32,000 nucleotides of DNA from Candidatus Heimdallarchaeota archaeon B3_Heim (GTDB taxonomy: Archaea; Asgardarchaeota; Heimdallarchaeia; Hodarchaeales; Hodarchaeaceae). This document shows positions 8,266-16,799 of the stretch, in pieces (within the stretch, counting starts at the first letter, position 1; every line of letters starts with the position of its first letter). The position numbers were made by a program, and so were the translations under genes. The notes under the pieces were generated by a model. The model was not told where the DNA came from and did no database searches. It saw only the letters and a program-made list of their open reading frames with translations. The stretch is from contig NJBF01000014.1 of the NCBI GenBank assembly GCA_003144275.1, positions 55,218 to 87,217 on the forward strand, given 5' to 3'.

Positions 8266-10866
8266 TTATTTATTTAGGAAGGATTCAATTTCTGAGATTT
8301 CCTTTTTTGTCAGATTGTATAACTGATAGATTACTCGATCAATTTCTTCAATTAAAATATGTTTTTTTTCACTCGGTGAGTTTTGAATTTGTCTTGAAGC
8401 AGTTACTATGTCAATATACTTCTGAGAATCACGGGGTGGTAATACCAGAGGTAGATTTCGAATTTGAAGTGGATAATAATCATACATTCCTCCCAAGTCT
8501 TTAAACATACACCGAGCATAAAACGTAAGTGTTTTTGAATTCAATAAGGCTACTAGGAATAGTAAAGTGTTTGTATCGTTGTAATCTTCGTTAGGGATAA
8601 TCCAAACAACATCCTTTGAGGAAAGACAACCTTGATCATCAATCGCAAAAGTATTCCTCCTTGCTTTGTAGGGGGTAACAATCTTAACTCCTTGCCAATC
8701 CATAGTGTTCCGTTCATCTCCATCTCTCCAGAGGTAATACTTAGTAACTCTACTTCTGTTTAGAAGGTCATCTTTATTATCTTTCAAATACTGATAGGCA
8801 TTCTTTGAATTTCTAATTTGCTCGTGACGAAATTTTGGAGCATATAAGACTTCCATTCCTTCTCGCTTTATGAAAAATGTTTTTATCTCCCCCCCTTTTA
8901 ACCATGGTCTATAGTGAGAGGAATTAAGACGTAAACGCATAGAAAAAAAATAAGGAACTTTGGGAGCAAAAACTTTATCACAACCAGTTTCTATACCTTT
9001 GCTGAGTGATGATATTTCATTTAACCTCCAATTTGACATTCTGATTATTTTTTCAATGGTCTTCTTGGTGTTAAGAGAATACAATGTCCATTTCTCAGAT
9101 TTTAGTCCAATTTGAGATATTTTTTTTCCTTTAATATCCTCAAATTTTGTTTTAGAATACTTATAAGCATGAAGTTCTTCATTAGACGTCCATTTTTTAT
9201 TTTTTAGCAGCATGAAGCAAGTTTTAATATTGATTTGAGGGAAGATAAGCAATTCGTTAAAGTCATGGATTTCAAGGAGAGTTGCTCTACGTATGATAAA
9301 TTCTCTAATTTGCTTAGCATAAACACTGGAAAGAACAGATTTAGGTAAAAGAAATCCTAACACTCCATAGGGACTCAAAATTTGCATCATTCTTTTAGTA
9401 AAGAAGTAGGATAGATCACTGTTTCCGCTATAAATTTCAGGATATATTTTCTTAATCTTTAACCGGGTAACCATTGATAAATCAGTTAACGCTATAAAAG
9501 GAGGATTTCCGATAATAATATGGAATTCTGGGGGAATTTCAGGTTCCTTTATATGATCATTTACAGGAAAACACCAAGGTGTGAGGTCACCAATCAGACT
9601 TTCATTCTTTTGCTGAATTTCGTTGGGAAAGACTATATAAGTATCATTTGATGGACTAAAGTAATCGGATTCTGAAAAATGTACTTTTTTCCTAATGTCC
9701 TCCTCTAAATAGCTCTTACATTCATTCCACTCACGTTTTGTTCCTTCTATAATGAAATAATAAGCATTCATAACTTTGCTAAACTTTCTGTGATAGTCAT
9801 TAATGATTAGAGTTTTTTCATAAAAGGATGATTTAGATGGAAGCTTGTAAACCCCTATTTTCCTATCGAAAGCAGAAGAGTGTTCTTTTCTTGCCTTCGC
9901 TCTGACTTTTGCACTCGACAGTAAGTGATTTTCCCTGTCATTATAACCGAATAAGGAATCTCCTAGATAAATATTGTCAGCTAGATCCCCATACGGCTCG
10001 ATTTCTGACATCCAATCTTCTAATATCCATAATCGTAACTTTATTTTAGTGATGAAGATACCGATAGGATCTTTATCAAACCCATAAAGATTGTGCTCAA
10101 GTATTCTCTTTCGTAGATTAAGAGAGGAGGAATCTAGATCTTTTTTCCTGAAAATACCATACAAAATATTGCCTGCAGCAATTAAAAAGGTGCCTGTTCC
10201 AACAGTAGGATCAAGAAGATATATTTTTTGATTCTTCTTTGTTCTAGTTCCTGATTGTGAATTTATTTTCCACCACTGACCAATTGTCCTTTGGGCTATT
10301 TGCTCAGCGAGGTAATAAGGAGTGTAGACTATTCCATCAATTTTTTTTTCTTCTTCCCCGTATTCTCTTAAAAAATTTGCAATTCTGTCAAAAAGATCAA
10401 AATTTATTGCAGTTAAAGATGAGTCATTTAGACTACTATGATTTTTCTGAAAAAAAGAGTCCTTTAATATCGTTTCAGCATAATCCCCCCAATCTACCGT
10501 CTTTAAAATCTGTAGTTCATTGGCTAGAGGTTTGTTGTAATAGTCAGTAACCTGATCCTGACTTGGTAGAAGAGGAAAATATTTGTTTAATTGAAGGATA
10601 ATGGCATAAGGATCATCAAAATAAGAAAATACCTCTTTCCAGTTCTTAAATTCGTAGTTTAGCGTCTTATTGATATTTTTTATACCAAAGAACATCAGAG
10701 TGATAAAATGAAGAACTAATAAATCCTTAAACCATTGGTTCGAAAAATAGGATACAGAAATTTCAAGATCAAGATGTTTAATTTCTTGGATTAATTGTTT
10801 TATCCTGTTTACAACTGAATTCGACGTTCTCTGTTTTGGATTATATCGCTTCAGCTGAAAAGACAA
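8266..10866 (-). CDS. Second large gamma-class amino-DNA methyltransferase with a TaqI-C-like TRD, no evident nuclease domain
   Basis: GIVYTP, LDPTVGTGTF, IIGNPPF, DLSYFF, KGIETGCDKVF, C-terminal EEIDRVIYQLYNLT. TTG start with GGAGA upstream. Confidence 0.87.
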   Translation of the reverse strand: MSFQLKRYNPKQRTSNSVVNRIKQLIQEIKHLDLEISVSYFSNQWFKDLLVLHFITLMFFGIKNINKTLNYEFKNWKEVFSYFDDPYAIILQLNKYFPLLPSQDQVTDYYNKPLANELQILKTVDWGDYAETILKDSFFQKNHSSLNDSSLTAINFDLFDRIANFLREYGEEEKKIDGIVYTPYYLAEQIAQRTIGQWWKINSQSGTRTKKNQKIYLLDPTVGTGTFLIAAGNILYGIFRKKDLDSSSLNLRKRILEHNLYGFDKDPIGIFITKIKLRLWILEDWMSEIEPYGDLADNIYLGDSLFGYNDRENHLLSSAKVRAKARKEHSSAFDRKIGVYKLPSKSSFYEKTLIINDYHRKFSKVMNAYYFIIEGTKREWNECKSYLEEDIRKKVHFSESDYFSPSNDTYIVFPNEIQQKNESLIGDLTPWCFPVNDHIKEPEIPPEFHIIIGNPPFIALTDLSMVTRLKIKKIYPEIYSGNSDLSYFFTKRMMQILSPYGVLGFLLPKSVLSSVYAKQIREFIIRRATLLEIHDFNELLIFPQINIKTCFMLLKNKKWTSNEELHAYKYSKTKFEDIKGKKISQIGLKSEKWTLYSLNTKKTIEKIIRMSNWRLNEISSLSKGIETGCDKVFAPKVPYFFSMRLRLNSSHYRPWLKGGEIKTFFIKREGMEVLYAPKFRHEQIRNSKNAYQYLKDNKDDLLNRSRVTKYYLWRDGDERNTMDWQGVKIVTPYKARRNTFAIDDQGCLSSKDVVWIIPNEDYNDTNTLLFLVALLNSKTLTFYARCMFKDLGGMYDYYPLQIRNLPLVLPPRDSQKYIDIVTASRQIQNSPSEKKHILIEEIDRVIYQLYNLTKKEISEIESFLNK

Positions 10867-10881
10867 TCTAAATCTCCCGAA

Positions 10882-11286
10882 TCAGCTGTTATTTTTTTCC
10901 TCTATCGGGTTACTTTCCTCTTTTGATAAAGTTTTTTTGATTTTATCGTAGATTGCTACACCAGCCTCTCGCCATTTGCTAGGCTCAGTTTCTTTAACGA
11001 TAATATCTCCTTGTTCAATAAGAGCGATAAATACAGCTGAGATATTTTCTATTATCCATTTTTCAAGTTCACTTTCGTTCATCGATGGAAAAGATGAATT
11101 TGATTGTAGAGCTTGTTCAAAAACCATTTTATGAATCCTACGTGTACTATCCTCTCTAAGATCTTGCCATAATTTTCGAATGAGCTTTCGTTCTCTTACA
11201 CGCAGATCTTCAATTTCCAATAGGCTATTCCAAACATTTGAATTCACATATATGGGGGGTTCTTTTGCTTTTTTTCCTTTACCCAT
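10882..11286 (-). CDS. Hypothetical protein
   Basis: Helical-looking ORF ending 15 nt before the MTase start. ATG 11286 preferred; the ORF track starts at TTG 11310. Confidence 0.65.
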   Translation of the reverse strand: MGKGKKAKEPPIYVNSNVWNSLLEIEDLRVRERKLIRKLWQDLREDSTRRIHKMVFEQALQSNSSFPSMNESELEKWIIENISAVFIALIEQGDIIVKETEPSKWREAGVAIYDKIKKTLSKEESNPIEEKNNS

Positions 11287-11332
11287 TTTACATTCACAAT
11301 CCTTCTGCAAAATTTTGGTTTTTGCCTGATCC

Positions 11333-11593
11333 TCAATACATATAATCCTTTTTACTTTTATGAACTATGAATCGATGAATAATTACAAGCCAAACAAAGC
11401 TCACAATACCCATACCAACAAGTAATAAGGAAATCAAAGTTCTTACCCATGTTGCATCTTGAAATCCTGGAGGACCATCAATATTATCAGGAATGAAATT
11501 TGGAAAAATTAACCCAGCAGAAATCAGCACTATAGCTACTAATAATCCAAGAATTTCGGTGCGAAATTTTTCTAATAGTCGTGAAAGTTGCAT
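11333..11593 (-). CDS. Small two-TM membrane protein
   Basis: Two hydrophobic segments (ILGLLVAIVLISAGLIF; LISLLLVGMGIVSFVWLVII); co-oriented with the two downstream genes. Confidence 0.7.
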   Translation of the reverse strand: MQLSRLLEKFRTEILGLLVAIVLISAGLIFPNFIPDNIDGPPGFQDATWVRTLISLLLVGMGIVSFVWLVIIHRFIVHKSKKDYMY

Positions 11594-12110
11594 AGGATCT
11601 AGACCTCTTTTAAATTCTGGACAAGTCTTATTTAATCACCAAAGTTATACCATTTTTGGCGTTTTATATATGTACTTTCGTAAATAATTGTAATTGTACT
11701 TAATTGTCCTATGGATTTTTAAATCATTCTGGATTCTGGAGCTAATCTCCTTCTTAAAATGGGCCTCTTTATTCAAGGACAGGAGGTATCTTCTGATAGA
11801 TACTCACTTCGTTTTTCTAACAGATCTGTATATCCATATAAGGACTATATAAAGGTAAGGCATTGCCTTTTTAAATACTAAGGCCTGTAAGTACTTTTTT
11901 AAATTGTGTCTACATAGAAGTAATTACGGTTTTCCGTGAAGGGGTTTTTAATTAATTATGATATCTGTAACAAATCCATCTTTAAGAAGAACTGATATCC
12001 AAAATTAAGAAATCAAAAGACTATAATGAAGAAAAAACCAAAAAATGCGATTTTAGATCCATTTTTCCTTTCGTGAAATAGTTGCGTCTTTAAAACTCTG
12101 AGTAGATTCT

Positions 12111-15100
12111 ATGGCAAGTTCAGGACAAGATCGCGGTGTGAGTTTTGGTTATCGTTCATGGTTTAAACCATTTCGATATAATCAACAGCTAATTCAACCC
12201 ATCTTTATTTTGGACTATGAAGCCACTAGTAGAAAAGAAGATGCTTATGAACCTTACTTTGATTCAGAGGATAGTTACGAATCGGGTAGTAAAAAAAGGA
12301 CGATTAATGGTGTTCAGATATATTTTCTTGATGAAGAGCATAACAAACGAAGTGCTTTCTTACGGCACGCACCTTACTTCTATCTGCTAATAACATCTGG
12401 TTTAACGAATAATCAAGTAAATCGCATAATAGCTCGGATTCAGGAGCTGGGGGAGGATAAAATTGTTATGGTCACAAAGGAAAAATGTCACGATGCTGCT
12501 GATCTAACTTTTCTTGTAACTAAGGACTTTCTTAAAGTGACTGTCGATCATCCTAGGTCTGTTCCTAGCTTGAGATCCCAGTGTGAAAAAATAAAAGGTA
12601 TCATTGAATGGAGAGAAGCTGATGTCTTATATAATCATCGAGTAGCTATTGACCATAATATTAGAGTGGGCTCGTGGTATCAAGCTGATATTAATGGAGG
12701 AGAAATTCACAAACTCGATATCTTAAATAATATGGCCCCTCCAGATCTTCAAATTCTTGCTTATGATATAGAAACTGTTTTTGATCAAACTCGTGAACCA
12801 AATCCGAATCGTGATGCAATTTCCATGATTTCATTATTCACGGGCAAGATAAATCATCTGATAATAAATGACGATGTTGTAAACACGAAAGAAGTCTCAG
12901 GCATTGATATCGTGTTGATGCAGAAAGATGAAGATCATTCAAAGCCTTGGGTTGATTGGTGTAAGACGGGCACAACATTTCCTAACTCTTTACTTATTGA
13001 TCGAGTACCAGTAGAGGTACAAGTTTTCAATAATGAACAACAGCTTCTTCATCGATTTTACGAGATAATTGAGGATTACAAACCGGATGTACTGGCTGAT
13101 TTTTTTGGTGATCGTTTTGACATTCCATTTTTAGCTGTTCGCTCATTACTTTACAATATTTCTCTTGAGAGAAGAACTGGTTTTCGTATCAAATTCAAAC
13201 GGGAGTCAACAGGACAAAATACAGGACCCATTGATCTTAGAGAAAACTATTCCCCTGCTAGAATTGATTCAGTGTCGGGAGCAGGAATAATTCATCTTGA
13301 TGCATTTTTATTCAACGAAAAATATAGTTACTTACCTAAAAAAGACTTAGGACTGAAACCGAGTGTTGAAAAGAAGCTTAAGATAATTCCTATTGGTCGG
13401 GAGGCACTTTTTGCAATCGAAGAAAGCCCCGTTGATGCAGTAGGATATGCAGCGTGTGACGGCTATATTACTTACCGGTACGTGAAAGAAATTGTATTAG
13501 ATTTCTTTATTTCCTTGGGACAAATGTTTCCTGTTCCATCGTCAGAATTATTAACACGTCGTGCTGGTTCGCTTGATGATTTGTTAATTGATGCTGAAGG
13601 TCATCATTACAACATAGTTGGAAAACGTCGTATCGATCAAAAACATATTGAGTCTTTCTCTCCTAATATTATGATTGATTCCTTTGCATATACAGGAGGA
13701 CTTGTTGAGGCGAGACGTTCAGGTATTTTTCGAAGTGACATTTATAGGGAAAACAAAACCAATAGAAAAGCATTAACTGAGATCAAATCGCTTATACAGC
13801 AAATTATTGTAAAGAACAGTAAAGATATCGCGAAGAGGGAAATGAAAAACCAATTTGATAGAAAAGTGTTAGAGAAATTTGGTGGTTTATCGATTTCCTA
13901 TTCAGATGACCTAGAACAGTTATTTCAGAATTTTTTCTTAGCTTTACAAGATAAAGGGGTATCTAAATCGCTTTTTGAAGAGAAAAATGATATCTTGCGC
14001 AGTATACTTGAGGATCTTTCCAATATTCGTGTTGAGGGAGTTGAAAAAGTCGTTGAAACTACGCTGAAGCAAGTCGATAAACTTTTGGAAACAACTGGTG
14101 ATGTTCAGCTAAGGGGTGTACATGTAGATGTCACTTCTATGTATCCTTCGCAAATACGTCAATATAAACTTCAGCCTTCAGGTATTGTACCTCTATCAAA
14201 GTGTCAAGTATGTGAATATAGAGAAAATGATGATAGTTGCTTTTTTGAAGGGGACTGGGTAATTAAACTTACCGCTCGTAGACCATGCAAACATAGAGTA
14301 AAGGGATCATCAAAATGTGATCCCTCAATATGTACCACTAAAAATGCATCTTCGTGTAAAGAGTATGAACCAGAACAAGCTACAACTGGGCGAGTTCAGG
14401 AAATATTTTCTTATAATGGTTCTCAAACACAAGCTTATGTGTTGAGAAAAAAGTCAGGATTTGTCAAAATACCGTTAAGTAAATCATATTTAGGTAAAAA
14501 TTTCACCTCTGTTGATCCCTATAATGAAATAACGAAGTGGTTAGAGCATGCAGTAGAAGCAACTCAACTTGGAAGCCATTTAGATAGAAACTTCTTTGAT
14601 ATTTTTGAAGATCAACCAAAATTATTTCAGCTTCCTAAGAATACATATCTAAGTATTGATGTTAGGACAAAAAAGATATCTGTTCTCATTTCTGTTCAAT
14701 CGCGAGTGTGCCAAAAAGCTTTCAATTTTGTAGCCCGAATTATGGATGAATTTTTCAATACACGGGTTAGACATAAATTTGAAGCGCAGCGATTAAAACA
14801 AGTTATCAAACAAAGAAGTGTTAATAATCAGCCAGTTTCACCAGATATGCTTCGTCAACAAAAATTTCATGATAGTACACAGCTAGGCATGAAAGTTCCA
14901 TTAAATAGCATCTATGGTTTATTAGGGATGCGTGGTGGGGTAAGAAATGCCAGCACGCCGTGCGCTGGTATTACTACAAAGTTATCTGCTGATTTAATTC
15001 ATTGGGCTGCAGACCAATTAGAAGATATTGGAAATGTAACAGAGCTAGATACCGATGGAGTTTGGTTATGGGTTCCTAAAGAATTTCCCCTTGATTTTCC

Positions 15101-16535
15101 GGTTACATTGATAAATCCTGTAGAATTAGATGAAAAACTTGAGTTTCGAGTGAGTCTCATTGATAAAATATTAAATGAGAAGGTGTCTAAGGCTGGTTTT
15201 AAAAATGACAACTATTGGATAAACGATGGGGAGAAAATCAAAAAGATCAGTAAAAGTTTAATTCAATTCGAGCAAGATGGACCTTATGATTTTCAATTTG
15301 TCATGGGAAAGAAGAAATATATAGTTTATAATTATCTATCACAGGAGAACAAGTGGGAGGAAGAGGAGATTACAGGGTTGGAATCAAAGAGAGCAGATTT
15401 TTCAAAGTTACAAAAACACTTTCAGGAAGAAGTCATAAAAGCGTATCTAGAGCAGTATGATCCAGTTCATCCCATTGCATTGGAACAGATTTATCAAAAC
15501 GCCTTTAAGGCATCGGATAGAATAAGAAAAGAAGTAATGGATGGGAAAATAGATCCATCATTTTATGTCAAACCTAAGGCTCTTAACAAAGACCTAAAAG
15601 AATATAAGTCAAAATTACCTCAGGTTACTGCAGCCTACATTTTAAAGGATCTTGGTTATTCCATTGATCCAGGAATCCGTATCCAAATGGTTAATATAAA
15701 GGGAAACCACGTTATCCCTGCTCAGGTATTTGATTTTGATTTTAAAAAGGTTAAATCTGTCTTCATTAAACATGGAATATGCACATTAAGTTTTATGCTG
15801 AATGAAATTACCTCGATCGCAGATATCCAACAATTAATCGATACGAAACAGTATTTGAAAGATATTTACGACCCTGGTAGAATTTTTGATCGAATGATAC
15901 AATATCCGATGAAGAATCAACAAATTAAAACAGAAGATCAGCATGTTCTCGATATCCAAGAAATTGAAATCGCCGAGAAAAAGAAAATCCTTGAACAAGA
16001 GTCGGAAGAAATAGGAAAATCACCAGCCAAATCTTCTTCAGTAGAAGGTAAAGTACCACTCCCTCGGCCTGTACATATATCAACCAGATCACGGTTGAAA
16101 AAGTCTAAAAAGAAAAAAGTCAAAACAAAATCTCTTGATACAATTTTTAATTTTCCAAAAGCAGCTAAAGCTCAACCTAGTCAGCGTCGGAAAAAAATTA
16201 TTAAGCCTACTAAGCCTGTAACAAAACCCTCCCTAGGGAATAAGTTAATGAAGACTATACTTCATAATGAAAAGGGGCTAAGTTCTCCTAAATCTGGTTT
16301 GGTAAATTCTAGTAAACAAAAATCAACTTTAGTATCGACTGATGAAATTGAGGAATTAGAAGAAAAAGAGTTGTTTACTAATGGTAATAAAATTGAGGTA
16401 AAATCATCTTTTTCTCAAGTTGATGTGCAAGCGGATGAAGAAATCGTATGTAGCCTGTGTGGGGCTTTCATAAGTCCTACAGAAGTCATTGATGAAGGGT
16501 GTATCTATTGCCATGACCAACCAGTTACTGAATGA
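12111..16535 (+). CDS. polB: Family B DNA polymerase, DNA polymerase epsilon catalytic-subunit-like
   Basis: Pol2-like N-terminus (YFLDEE, PYFYL, HRVAIDHNIRVGSWY); ExoI YDIET, ExoII GDRFDIPF, ExoIII YAACDG; YTGGLVE..SGIFRSD; region II HVDVTSMYPS; region III KVPLNSIYG; region I ELDTDGVW; FEQDGPY; KKKY; CysX cysteines at C698/C701/C710/C867. Confidence 0.93.
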   Translation: MASSGQDRGVSFGYRSWFKPFRYNQQLIQPIFILDYEATSRKEDAYEPYFDSEDSYESGSKKRTINGVQIYFLDEEHNKRSAFLRHAPYFYLLITSGLTNNQVNRIIARIQELGEDKIVMVTKEKCHDAADLTFLVTKDFLKVTVDHPRSVPSLRSQCEKIKGIIEWREADVLYNHRVAIDHNIRVGSWYQADINGGEIHKLDILNNMAPPDLQILAYDIETVFDQTREPNPNRDAISMISLFTGKINHLIINDDVVNTKEVSGIDIVLMQKDEDHSKPWVDWCKTGTTFPNSLLIDRVPVEVQVFNNEQQLLHRFYEIIEDYKPDVLADFFGDRFDIPFLAVRSLLYNISLERRTGFRIKFKRESTGQNTGPIDLRENYSPARIDSVSGAGIIHLDAFLFNEKYSYLPKKDLGLKPSVEKKLKIIPIGREALFAIEESPVDAVGYAACDGYITYRYVKEIVLDFFISLGQMFPVPSSELLTRRAGSLDDLLIDAEGHHYNIVGKRRIDQKHIESFSPNIMIDSFAYTGGLVEARRSGIFRSDIYRENKTNRKALTEIKSLIQQIIVKNSKDIAKREMKNQFDRKVLEKFGGLSISYSDDLEQLFQNFFLALQDKGVSKSLFEEKNDILRSILEDLSNIRVEGVEKVVETTLKQVDKLLETTGDVQLRGVHVDVTSMYPSQIRQYKLQPSGIVPLSKCQVCEYRENDDSCFFEGDWVIKLTARRPCKHRVKGSSKCDPSICTTKNASSCKEYEPEQATTGRVQEIFSYNGSQTQAYVLRKKSGFVKIPLSKSYLGKNFTSVDPYNEITKWLEHAVEATQLGSHLDRNFFDIFEDQPKLFQLPKNTYLSIDVRTKKISVLISVQSRVCQKAFNFVARIMDEFFNTRVRHKFEAQRLKQVIKQRSVNNQPVSPDMLRQQKFHDSTQLGMKVPLNSIYGLLGMRGGVRNASTPCAGITTKLSADLIHWAADQLEDIGNVTELDTDGVWLWVPKEFPLDFPVTLINPVELDEKLEFRVSLIDKILNEKVSKAGFKNDNYWINDGEKIKKISKSLIQFEQDGPYDFQFVMGKKKYIVYNYLSQENKWEEEEITGLESKRADFSKLQKHFQEEVIKAYLEQYDPVHPIALEQIYQNAFKASDRIRKEVMDGKIDPSFYVKPKALNKDLKEYKSKLPQVTAAYILKDLGYSIDPGIRIQMVNIKGNHVIPAQVFDFDFKKVKSVFIKHGICTLSFMLNEITSIADIQQLIDTKQYLKDIYDPGRIFDRMIQYPMKNQQIKTEDQHVLDIQEIEIAEKKKILEQESEEIGKSPAKSSSVEGKVPLPRPVHISTRSRLKKSKKKKVKTKSLDTIFNFPKAAKAQPSQRRKKIIKPTKPVTKPSLGNKLMKTILHNEKGLSSPKSGLVNSSKQKSTLVSTDEIEELEEKELFTNGNKIEVKSSFSQVDVQADEEIVCSLCGAFISPTEVIDEGCIYCHDQPVTE

Positions 16536-16799
16536 AAATATTCAACCTTTTTTACGATAATGTAAAAGTATTATCAAAAACACAAATTTACCTAGAGTGT
16601 AATTAATATAAACTCACCTGTAAGAGAACTCCTTGATGCAAATCCTAAGTGATATTTCGCATCGAATGATAGTAAATAGTATTTATTTTCATTTTTATCC
16701 CTTGACAAAATCAAAAAACCCACTGCAAATTTAGAGGTTTCGATGAGTTTAAGTTTAGAATTTTAGAAATTTTAGTAAGAACCAAGGAAAGATTTTTTT

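Noticed and set aside
10341-10349. A9 tract in the second MTase as a phase-variation switch
   Set aside because: The frame is intact, and 8-9 nt A/T runs are common in this AT-rich window.
11929-11946. GTTTTCCGTGAAGGGGTT in the 517-bp intergenic region as an origin recognition box
   Set aside because: Single copy, poor match to the ORB consensus, and no cdc6/orc1 gene in the window.
14240-14709. Intein in the polymerase explaining the long insertion
   Set aside because: No intein terminal motifs or LAGLIDADG blocks; the insert sits where Pol epsilon has its P-domain.
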